Shown piece after piece: positions 48,397 through 56,865 of a stretch of 64,000 nt of DNA. The DNA lies in NCBI GenBank assembly GCA_963717435.1, contig OY970332.1:576001-640000 (forward strand). Reading direction: 5' to 3'. The notes under the pieces were generated by a model. The model saw only the letters and a list, made by a program, of their open reading frames with translations, was not told the DNA's origin and made no database searches. Position 1 is the first letter of the stretch. Every line of letters begins with the position of its first letter. Both the position numbers and the translations under genes were made by a program. This DNA is from an uncultured bacterium. Lineage in GTDB: Bacteria > Babelota > Babeliae > Babelales > Babelaceae.

Positions 48397-50631
48397 ATGG
48401 CAACCATAGTGGGCGACGCGGGCAGTAAAAAAAATATAAAAAACAAAAATAAGCATATAGAAACAAAATTAGAAAATAATAGTTTTGAGGAGATAAGAAT
48501 TTCTTGGGGCAAATTATTACTGACCCCGACAATAATTTCGATTATTGGGTTTTTGCTATATTTTCCATCAAGAAATTATAATTTTCAATTTGATGATCTT
48601 GCAAATATCGTAAAATATTTTGACATAAGAAATTTAACACTTTCAAAAATATTTTTTGCAAATCCCCGTTGGATATCCTATTGGTTAAATTCAAATTATT
48701 ACGCCATATCAAAATTTCACCCATTAGTTTACAGGCTGGGTAATATTTTTTTTCATATAGCAACGGGCGTTCTGGTTTTCTATCTTACACTGATAGCATT
48801 AAGCAGAGTAAAAAAAGAAAGCTATTTTAAAACTTATGCTTACCAAATTGCCACGTTTGCAAGTGCGCTTTTTGTTTTGCATCCAGTTCAAACTCAGACA
48901 GTGTCGTATGTAATTCAGGGACAGCTTGAAGGGCTCGCTTGTTTTTTAATCATGGCAAGTTCTATAGTGTTTTTGCAATCACAGTATACAAAATCTGTAT
49001 CCAATAAGTTTGTTTTATACTTAGCTTTATTTTCACTCTTATTCTTATCTTGTGGAACCAAAGAAATCGCAATAGTCTCTCCGGCGCTAATATTATTGGT
49101 TGATTGGTTTTTTGTTGCTCAGGGTAGCTGGAAATCTTTAAAAAGTCGTTGGCTGTTGCATACCGGGATATTACTTACAGTTTTTTCTGTGTATATATAT
49201 TTTTTAAAGCCCCAATTTTTCATGAATCTTTTAAGCTTCTCAATGGAGGCCCAAAACAATATCGGCAACGTTTTGACAGAAAATCAGCAAGATAAAATTT
49301 TGCCGTTACACTATTTTATCTCAGAATTTAAAGTAATCTTGCATTATATATGGATCTTTATCTGGCCATTTAATATCAGTGTGGACTACGACTGGAAGAT
49401 GGTAAAAAATTTCTTTGCACCAGACTGCATTTTGCCATTCTTAATTCTTTCAAGCTTTCTATTTATAATCTATAAAAGATTACAAAAAGACAAAACCGAT
49501 TTTTTAAGTTTCGCTGCATTATGGTTCTTTGTTGCGATTTTGCCCCGTGCAAGCATAATTCCATCATCAGAATTAATTGCTGATTATAAAACTTACACTG
49601 CGTCATATGGCCTGCTTTTAATTCTAGCTGCTGCAATATTTTCAGCATTTATTTATTTGCAAAATTATATATCCCGGTTTTATGAAATTAAAAATAATTT
49701 TATAGTAATTTCTCTAAGTGCCGCTTCAGTTTTCTTTATCTGTTATTTTACTTTTGAAAGAAATAAAGTTTGGTCATCCGCCGAAAATTTTTGGGCAAAC
49801 ATAGTCAAAAATGCCCCACTAAAAGCTCGTGGGTATAATAACTATGGCGTCGCGCTTTCGGAAAACGGGAAATATCACGCAGCGATTCCATATTTCCAAA
49901 AAGCTATAGACATGGACGACAAATATCCGGACCCTTGCAACAATATCGCAGTAGCGCATTCTGCAATCGGCGAGATGGATAAAGCCATAGAAGGCATGAA
50001 ATTGGCCCTTAAAATTCAGCCATTTTCTCCAGAGGCCCATAATAATATCGGCTCATTTTATCGCGCCAAAAAAGATCATGCCAACGCAGAACTGAGTTGT
50101 CTTAAAGCAATAGCTCTACGTAAAACCTACGGCAAGGCGCATTATAACCTGGGGCTAACATATTATGATTTAGACAAAAAAGAGTTGGCATATAACCATT
50201 TTAAGACATGTTGTCTTTATGCTGATCTTGATAATGAGACCGGTTTTTCTGCTTATGCGGCCATCAGTTTTGAGCTGAAAAAATATGACGATCTGATTGT
50301 TGCATGTTCTAAGTTACTTGAATTAAAACCAGACTCAGATTCTGTCAGATCCCAACTTGCAATTGCTTATATGTTTAATGGTGATAATTCACGGGCGCTT
50401 TCTATTTTTGCGACTTTGCAAAAAAAATATCCTAACGATTATAAGCTTTGCTATAACGTTGCGCAGTGTTTGTTTAATTTGGGACAGATTGATCAGGCTC
50501 TTGCTTTTTATCAAAAAACTTCTGAAATTCCAAATTGCCCAAAGAGTATTTACTTGCAAATTGCAGAATGTCATAAACTTCTTGGGAATAAGCAAGAGGC
50601 ACAAAAATCTATGGTGCTTGCAAGCAGGTAG
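48397..50631 (+). CDS. TMTC-like GT-C membrane glycosyltransferase with C-terminal TPRs
   Basis: FQFDD loop, HPVQTQTVSY, KE motif, WPFNISVDYDW and RNKVW, then multiple TPRs. Confidence 0.75.
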   Translation: MATIVGDAGSKKNIKNKNKHIETKLENNSFEEIRISWGKLLLTPTIISIIGFLLYFPSRNYNFQFDDLANIVKYFDIRNLTLSKIFFANPRWISYWLNSNYYAISKFHPLVYRLGNIFFHIATGVLVFYLTLIALSRVKKESYFKTYAYQIATFASALFVLHPVQTQTVSYVIQGQLEGLACFLIMASSIVFLQSQYTKSVSNKFVLYLALFSLLFLSCGTKEIAIVSPALILLVDWFFVAQGSWKSLKSRWLLHTGILLTVFSVYIYFLKPQFFMNLLSFSMEAQNNIGNVLTENQQDKILPLHYFISEFKVILHYIWIFIWPFNISVDYDWKMVKNFFAPDCILPFLILSSFLFIIYKRLQKDKTDFLSFAALWFFVAILPRASIIPSSELIADYKTYTASYGLLLILAAAIFSAFIYLQNYISRFYEIKNNFIVISLSAASVFFICYFTFERNKVWSSAENFWANIVKNAPLKARGYNNYGVALSENGKYHAAIPYFQKAIDMDDKYPDPCNNIAVAHSAIGEMDKAIEGMKLALKIQPFSPEAHNNIGSFYRAKKDHANAELSCLKAIALRKTYGKAHYNLGLTYYDLDKKELAYNHFKTCCLYADLDNETGFSAYAAISFELKKYDDLIVACSKLLELKPDSDSVRSQLAIAYMFNGDNSRALSIFATLQKKYPNDYKLCYNVAQCLFNLGQIDQALAFYQKTSEIPNCPKSIYLQIAECHKLLGNKQEAQKSMVLASR

Positions 50632-50672
50632 TGCTTCACGAATAATTTTATTACTTGTATAATACTGACAAA

Positions 50673-50705
50673 GCCGGGAGAAAATTTCTCCCGGCCATTT
50701 TTTTT
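50673..50705 (+). terminator. Intrinsic terminator
   Basis: GCCGGGAGA/TCTCCCGGC stem followed by T8. Confidence 0.75.
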
Positions 50706-50733
50706 AAATAACTTAATATAAGCAGGGCTCATC

Positions 50734-51582
50734 ATGAAAAGCAAAAATCTACTCGTTTTACTTCTTTCCAGTTTCAATATTTTTTCTGTTGTTCATGAAA
50801 GTTCTTCGATTAAAGCTTTGCATGACCACGTTTACGTTGAAGCAAAATCTGACAAAGCTAAAAAATTAGATAATAATCCAGAGGATAAAAAAAGTGACAC
50901 AATTGTTGTTGCTTTGGATTTGGATAACACAACTTTCAAAAACAAAAAAGAATATGCTGTAGGTGATTCTTGGTTTGTAGCATCTATAGAATATTTGCAA
51001 AAGACCCACGGTTTAGATTCTAACTCTGCATTGGATATAGTTCGCGCAGAATATTTTCCCTTGCAAAATATGGCAGAAGTCGAACCTGTCGAAAAAGAGA
51101 TAGTTGATATTATAGCCAAATTTCAAAAAGATAAAATAGTTGTAATCGGCTTAACTGCCCGCTCCATGCCATTGGAAGAGACAACAATAAGACAACTTAA
51201 ATCTATAAACATAGATTTTTCCGTTAACTGCTTGGCAGGCAATAATGAAATTATTTTCAAAAATCTCGAACACCCGTGCAAGTATTCTAACGGGATTTTG
51301 TTTGTTAGCGAAAATGACAAGGGCAAAGCGCTAACAACTTATTTAGATTTTCTTAAACATACACCCAAAAAAGTTATATTCGCAGATGACAAACATAAAC
51401 ATGCACAGCGCGTTGACGCTGCCTGTCAGGCAAAGAACATAGAGTCAATTTGTATTAGATATGGCTTTATGGACGAAGAAGTGAAAAATTACAAGCTTCC
51501 TGAAGAAACAAAAGTAAAACTTTCAAGTAAAGTTAAATCTAAAGACAAAGAAGTTAATTCCAAATCAGAAGCCATAGCCTAG
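50734..51582 (+). CDS. Secreted HAD-like protein, DUF2608-like
   Basis: Signal peptide; DLDNT, GLTAR, KG and IFADD HAD motifs. Confidence 0.75.
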   Translation: MKSKNLLVLLLSSFNIFSVVHESSSIKALHDHVYVEAKSDKAKKLDNNPEDKKSDTIVVALDLDNTTFKNKKEYAVGDSWFVASIEYLQKTHGLDSNSALDIVRAEYFPLQNMAEVEPVEKEIVDIIAKFQKDKIVVIGLTARSMPLEETTIRQLKSINIDFSVNCLAGNNEIIFKNLEHPCKYSNGILFVSENDKGKALTTYLDFLKHTPKKVIFADDKHKHAQRVDAACQAKNIESICIRYGFMDEEVKNYKLPEETKVKLSSKVKSKDKEVNSKSEAIA

Positions 51583-51596
51583 AATTTTAGACAAAC

Positions 51597-51624
51597 AAAA
51601 AGGGCCCGGTAAATTCCGGGCCCT
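51597..51624. terminator. Terminator between convergent genes
   Basis: AAAAAGGGCCCGG...CCGGGCCCT. Confidence 0.75.
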
Positions 51625-51647
51625 ACAGTTTATATAATTAATATAAC

Positions 51648-52181
51648 TTAGCAGCAATCTTTTGTTGGATGATTCGCAAACATTGCAATCATTAACTTCA
51701 AATTTTCAAGTTTTTTAGAATTTTTTTCGTGAAATTCTTTTTCTCTCATCTTTTTATCCAATTCTTTCTTTAAATGCTGCAAAATTAACATTTGGCCCAA
51801 TTTGTGTGCATGGTAGAATCCATAAATTCTACAAGAACTAGTAGCTATAAAAGCTAAAGCTGCCATATTAAATCTCCTTTTATTTATTTCTGACATACCA
51901 AAATTTACGCGTTCTAAAGCCATTATTCTTGCTGCGCCCATAAGTTCTTTGATCATAAACGATTTACCATATTTACAAAGTGGGGCAGTGTTTTTCAATG
52001 CAGCTTCAAATTTGACAGGGTCAACTTCTTTTAATGCCTCAACCATTTCTTTAGAGAACAAATCTTGTTGATTAATGGGCTGCGGTAAAGCTGCGTCATT
52101 TTGCGCCAAGCCAACATTTTCTTCGCCTGCGATATTACTTGCAGATATTACTGTCAATATCGATAAAAATAATTTTTTCAT
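51648..52181 (-). CDS. Secreted hypothetical protein (hairpin family)
   Basis: Signal MKKLFLSILTVISASNIAGEEN; EALKEVDPVKFEAALK motif. Confidence 0.65.
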   Translation of the reverse strand: MKKLFLSILTVISASNIAGEENVGLAQNDAALPQPINQQDLFSKEMVEALKEVDPVKFEAALKNTAPLCKYGKSFMIKELMGAARIMALERVNFGMSEINKRRFNMAALAFIATSSCRIYGFYHAHKLGQMLILQHLKKELDKKMREKEFHEKNSKKLENLKLMIAMFANHPTKDCC

Positions 52182-52199
52182 AATTTACCTTAAAATATT

Positions 52200-52652
52200 T
52201 TATTTTGTTAATAATTTTAACATGCTATCTAATGTTTTAAGATCTCTATCTAATTTAATGTAGGCATTACTATCTTTGATTAATTCCTTTAAGATTAAGG
52301 ACCCAATCATTAAAAAAGCCACTTGTCCGAAACCCAATTCTGCTTTTAGTAGTCCCATTTTATATGCACTGCCCGAAATTATTGCCAGATATATCGGTGC
52401 TTTGACCATATCAACTATATCTGGAGAATTTTTGACCAAAATGTTTTTTGTTTCATGAATTTTGCCCATTAATTCAATTTTATCTTCTGTAGATAAATTT
52501 GCTGAACTAATAATAGCCTCAAAGCTAGCGAGATCTACATTCTTTATTGCTTCTAAAGCTAATTTATTAACCTTAGAATTAGTAGCATTTTCTTCGCCTG
52601 CGATGTTACTTGCAGATATTACTGTCAATATTGCTAAAAATAACTTTTTCAT
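52200..52652 (-). CDS. Secreted hypothetical protein (hairpin family)
   Basis: Signal near-identical to the 51648 gene; EAIKNVDLASFEAII; two hydrophobic segments. Confidence 0.65.
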   Translation of the reverse strand: MKKLFLAILTVISASNIAGEENATNSKVNKLALEAIKNVDLASFEAIISSANLSTEDKIELMGKIHETKNILVKNSPDIVDMVKAPIYLAIISGSAYKMGLLKAELGFGQVAFLMIGSLILKELIKDSNAYIKLDRDLKTLDSMLKLLTK

Positions 52653-52662
52653 GATTTTTTCC

Positions 52663-53424
52663 TTAATTAGTTTTTAAATTATTTAATAATTCTAAAATTT
52701 TGTTTTTATCTTCTATTTTTTTTGTGTACAGATCAACCATCCCTTTGGCGAAAGCTTCTCTTTTGTCCGCATCAGTAACAAATCGTGAAATAAACAAGAA
52801 CAAGGATGTGCATACCGATTGAATGAGCCAGGATTTATAATTATTGAAAGTTCTTTCCGCACCGCGAAAATTAATTTGGCTTCCAATGTAAGTCGTCAAT
52901 TGGTTATAACCATTTGGATCTATTTGATTTATTTGATCAATGAGGGATTGTGGTACTAGTCTATTATCTGCAACAGAATTAATAGCATCAGAAAAACCCC
53001 TTATTTGGGGGCGCAGAGCTTGATCTTGTTGGTCATATGTCAATTTGGCACCTTTGTAATTAAAATAGGCTTTGTAAAAACCGTGAGCGACCAATGCATT
53101 GACTACAGCTGCCCCTATAGTTGCTACATTAAGAAAGATTCTTCTATATCTCATGTGAGTAGCGATATCTTCAAAATCTTTTTTTGATTTACGTAGTGAC
53201 TCTATATCTTTGGTAAGTTTATCACTGTTATTAGGTTGCGAGAAAAATCTGTTTGCAAAAGATTTTCCCATTTCAGGGTTTTCATTTGTTAATAAACTTA
53301 ATTTTTCAAAATCGTTTTTTTCTATGGCAATGTTTGCTTCTGTTTCAAAGGCGGCGTAATCGATGCTATCAGCGGATAGACCTGCCAGATTTAATATCAA
53401 GAAGTATAAAAATATTTTTTTCAT
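52663..53424 (-). CDS. Secreted hypothetical protein (hairpin family)
   Basis: Signal peptide; AIEKNDFEK; two hydrophobic segments flanked by coiled helices. Confidence 0.65.
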   Translation of the reverse strand: MKKIFLYFLILNLAGLSADSIDYAAFETEANIAIEKNDFEKLSLLTNENPEMGKSFANRFFSQPNNSDKLTKDIESLRKSKKDFEDIATHMRYRRIFLNVATIGAAVVNALVAHGFYKAYFNYKGAKLTYDQQDQALRPQIRGFSDAINSVADNRLVPQSLIDQINQIDPNGYNQLTTYIGSQINFRGAERTFNNYKSWLIQSVCTSLFLFISRFVTDADKREAFAKGMVDLYTKKIEDKNKILELLNNLKTN

Positions 53425-53433
53425 TGTTTCCCC

Positions 53434-54117
53434 TTAATTTTGTCCCGTTTTTTCCATTAATAATTTTATTATTTTATCAATATTTTCAATATGTTTCTTA
53501 ATGAATTTTATATTTGAAGTCTCTTGCGCAAGTTTAGTATCAAGAATTGTAGATTTATCCCAAAGAGCATACATACTACTGATGCTCAATACAGTTCCCA
53601 CAATAGAGCAAGTAATAAATAAATTGTTTTTATGAAAAGGGTGTAGATTGAAAAAATTGACTATTGTCGCGGCTCGATTGACAGCATTTCCAGTTCGTTT
53701 TTCATGTGAACCAATAATTGATTCTATCATAACCAAATTTTCTCGTTCAAAGTATTTACTAACCTTCCACCCAAGACCAAATGCAGCAATTCCTGATGCT
53801 AAGAAAATTATAGGCTTATCGATATTTTTTAAGAAACTAAGCCATCGAGATCTTACCTCTAGATTTTTCAAAATCTCTTCATCTGTTTCTTTTGTGCCTT
53901 GTGCGCTTGCTAGCATATGTTTTATGCTTTCTGCGTCTATTTCGGGGTTTTGATTAATTAGAAAAGCAGATTTGTCATAATCTCCTAAATCTATAGCTGC
54001 TTGAAATTCAAGATTAAAATCGAAATTTTTTGAGTGTAATCTCAAATTGCTTGGAAATGCATTTGCTAATAAATTTCCCGACGCAGTCAGGATTAGAAAT
54101 AATAATATTGTCTTCAT
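53434..54117 (-). CDS. Secreted hypothetical protein (hairpin family)
   Basis: Signal peptide; AAIDLGDYDK...NQNPE resembles AIEKNDFEK...NENPE; two TM-like segments. Confidence 0.65.
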   Translation of the reverse strand: MKTILLFLILTASGNLLANAFPSNLRLHSKNFDFNLEFQAAIDLGDYDKSAFLINQNPEIDAESIKHMLASAQGTKETDEEILKNLEVRSRWLSFLKNIDKPIIFLASGIAAFGLGWKVSKYFERENLVMIESIIGSHEKRTGNAVNRAATIVNFFNLHPFHKNNLFITCSIVGTVLSISSMYALWDKSTILDTKLAQETSNIKFIKKHIENIDKIIKLLMEKTGQN

Positions 54118-54752
54118 GATGCTATTACCTCTTCCTGAATCTTAGGCATATCGTTATCAGGCAGGCTTTTAACAAATTGAATAATGATATCAAGAGCTCT
54201 TTTGTGTTGTTGTGCAAATTTTATGTGACCAATGATACCCGAATTATCCACTTTTGCATGATTTTTTGATTGCTCTAATGACCAAATCCTTTTCAAGAAT
54301 TCTAAGTTTATAGCCATTAACGACAATCCCATAAAAGAAAATGTTCCAATTCCCATAAGAGCTATATTTTTAACATCTTTATTTTTGTCGTCACTTATTC
54401 CAAGTAATAATAAGCCCCCGATGGTTGTTAAGCCTATCCCTCCTAGAATTCCCCCATGAAATCCGCCAAAAATTAGGTCATGTACAATTTTTTTGGCAGA
54501 TAAATTAATAGATTTAGCATTCGCTAATTCTATTAATTTATCTGTGGCAATACATTGATTATTTAATTCTTCAAGAACTATTTTTTTATTTTGAATTAAC
54601 CAGCTTTTATCTAAATCGCTGTGATTTTCATTGAAAATAATGGAAAAAAACTTTTGGAATATATCAGGAATTTCCTGGTTCTCTATATTGCTTTCAGAAG
54701 TAATATTCATACATAAAAACAAAGTAATAAATATAAAAAATATATTTTTCAT
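54114..54752 (-). CDS. Secreted hypothetical protein (hairpin family)
   Basis: ATG 54752 after GGAG; Gly-rich hydrophobic hairpin; WLIQNK resembles WVIKNK of the neighbouring gene. Confidence 0.65.
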   Translation of the reverse strand: MKNIFFIFITLFLCMNITSESNIENQEIPDIFQKFFSIIFNENHSDLDKSWLIQNKKIVLEELNNQCIATDKLIELANAKSINLSAKKIVHDLIFGGFHGGILGGIGLTTIGGLLLLGISDDKNKDVKNIALMGIGTFSFMGLSLMAINLEFLKRIWSLEQSKNHAKVDNSGIIGHIKFAQQHKRALDIIIQFVKSLPDNDMPKIQEEVIAS

Positions 54753-54753
54753 A

Positions 54754-55398
54754 TTACTCCTTTTTGCTTTCATCTAAAACTGCTGGATCTATCAAAGTGA
54801 GCATTGTGCTTAAATTTGATTTTTTCACTTGTATTAACTTTAAAACGGCGATGAGTCCATTCTTTGCTTTTTCGATCTCAGGGCGCTCTTTTTCCGTCGG
54901 CTCTTTTTTATTGACCCAGTCTAGAATTTTTACACCCATATAAACCGCAGCTGAGCCCGCGAGGGTCCTGTATATACATGACATTAGTTCTTGATTTTTG
55001 TAAAAAGAGACAGTGCTATTATTTTGATAATGTTGTTTGGTTTTTTTGATTACATCTATCAACTCAACGAGAACTATGGCTGGTCCTGATATGAATAATC
55101 CTAAACCAGTGAATGTCCAAATCCAATCCGAGACAGATACATATTGTAGTTGAAGTTTTTCATTAACAGCCTGTTCAAGGTTATTGGCTGCTTCAAATTG
55201 TAAGTTAATTTTTCTAGTCAACTCTTCTTTGTTTTTAATAACCCATTCTGGATGTTGTTTATAGATAGCTTCAAATTTATCGAATCTTCCATAATCCAAT
55301 GCATCAGTGAATTGCTGCATAAACTCTAAGTCTTGAGAATCTTCTGCTTTCATTCCAGCGACTAGGAATAGATTTAGTATTAAAAATAGCTTTTTCAT
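54754..55398 (-). CDS. Secreted hypothetical protein (hairpin family)
   Basis: Signal peptide; DALDYGRFDKFEAI; two hydrophobic segments. Confidence 0.65.
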   Translation of the reverse strand: MKKLFLILNLFLVAGMKAEDSQDLEFMQQFTDALDYGRFDKFEAIYKQHPEWVIKNKEELTRKINLQFEAANNLEQAVNEKLQLQYVSVSDWIWTFTGLGLFISGPAIVLVELIDVIKKTKQHYQNNSTVSFYKNQELMSCIYRTLAGSAAVYMGVKILDWVNKKEPTEKERPEIEKAKNGLIAVLKLIQVKKSNLSTMLTLIDPAVLDESKKE

Positions 55399-55606
55399 TA
55401 TAACCTCGATTAATTAACTTATTATTCTATTAATTTTACTAAATAATTACAGGTAGTCAAAGGGGGGAGGTTTTTTGGAGAAATTTGGGATTATAGATTA
55501 AAAAATAGCTAAAAAATAAAACTATGTGTACTATTGATTTAGCATTTAGTCAGGATATATGCTAAATTGAGTTTGCATTTAGTACAGATCAAACCTGGAG
55601 AAAGTT

Positions 55607-56770
55607 ATGATTTTAAATAGACCGTTTTGGCAAAAAAAGATAAAAGAGGCGTGGGCCCAGAAAAATATTATATGGCTCATGGGGGTAAGAAGGGTGGGAA
55701 AGACCAGTCTTTGTCAAAGTATTGAAAATATTGAATATTTTGATTGTGAACGGCCCAGAGTAAGACAACTATTTATGGATCCCGAAGGCTTTTTGGAGGC
55801 TCATAAAGGCAAGCGCATTGTTCTTGATGAGATTCACAGGCTTGAAAACCCCTCGGAGCTGTTAAAGCTTGCAGCTGACCATTATAAAGATATAAAAATT
55901 ATTGCCACAGGTTCCTCAACATTGGGGGCATCTAAAAAGTTCAAAGATACTTTAACTGGAAGAAAAAGGGAGATTTGGCTAACTCCAATGCTGTTGCAGG
56001 AGATGGAGATTTTTGGCAACGAAGATCTTAGGCACAGATTTTTGTTTGGAGGTTTTCCCTCGTTTTTTTCAAAAAAAGTTTTGCCAGAAAGTGATTTTCA
56101 GGAATGGATAGATGCATATTGGGCAAAAGATATTCAGGATATTTTTAGTGTTGGCAAAAGATACTCTTTTCAAAAATTTGCGGAGCTTCTGCTTGCAAAC
56201 AGTGGGGGAATGTTCGAAGCGACCAAATTTACCGGGCCGTGTGAAGTTACAAGAGCTACAATATCAAACTATCTGGATGTTCTTGAGGAAACCTTTGTTG
56301 TTCATGTTATAAGACCATATTCTACACATAGAGCCACAGAGATTGTTAGTGCGCCAAAAGTTTATGGTTTTGATACTGGTTTTGTTTCTTATGCCAAGGG
56401 CAGACGAGATTTAAGGATGGAAGATTCGGGTTTTATGTGGGAGCATTGTGTTTTAAACGAAATTCAGGGACAGTTGCAGACACGTGAGATTAATTATTGG
56501 CGCGATAAGCGTGGGCATGAAATAGATTTTATTATAAAAAACAGGGGGCAAGATTCTCTTTCAGCAATAGAGTGTAAGTTTTTAACTTCCCATGAAGAAT
56601 TAAGCATGCCAGTTCTAAAAAAGAATTTTGAGGCATTTAGAGCTATTTATCCTGAAGGAGAAAATTTTATTGTATCAAGCAATATTGATACGTCTTTTAA
56701 GAGAACCCATGATGGCGTAACTATAAATTTTGTTAATACAAAAGAGCTTATTGAAAAACTTAAGGATTAA
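55607..56770 (+). CDS. AAA_14 ATPase with DUF4143-like C-terminal domain
   Basis: GVRRVGKT, VLDEIH, ATGSS, GGFP, PKVYGFDTG and YWRDKRGHEIDFI...AIECK. Confidence 0.9.
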   Translation: MILNRPFWQKKIKEAWAQKNIIWLMGVRRVGKTSLCQSIENIEYFDCERPRVRQLFMDPEGFLEAHKGKRIVLDEIHRLENPSELLKLAADHYKDIKIIATGSSTLGASKKFKDTLTGRKREIWLTPMLLQEMEIFGNEDLRHRFLFGGFPSFFSKKVLPESDFQEWIDAYWAKDIQDIFSVGKRYSFQKFAELLLANSGGMFEATKFTGPCEVTRATISNYLDVLEETFVVHVIRPYSTHRATEIVSAPKVYGFDTGFVSYAKGRRDLRMEDSGFMWEHCVLNEIQGQLQTREINYWRDKRGHEIDFIIKNRGQDSLSAIECKFLTSHEELSMPVLKKNFEAFRAIYPEGENFIVSSNIDTSFKRTHDGVTINFVNTKELIEKLKD

Positions 56771-56792
56771 TTTTCGCCCAAAACCAGGTTTT

Positions 56793-56821
56793 TTGGAGAA
56801 ATCGGGGCAATTTGCTATAAT
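56793..56821 (+). promoter_or_regulatory. Putative valS promoter
   Basis: TTGGAG-17-TATAAT with extended TG. Confidence 0.5.
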
Positions 56822-56865
56822 TTTAATAAATTTACCCTAAAACCCTCGAAAAAGCCTAAAAATCC

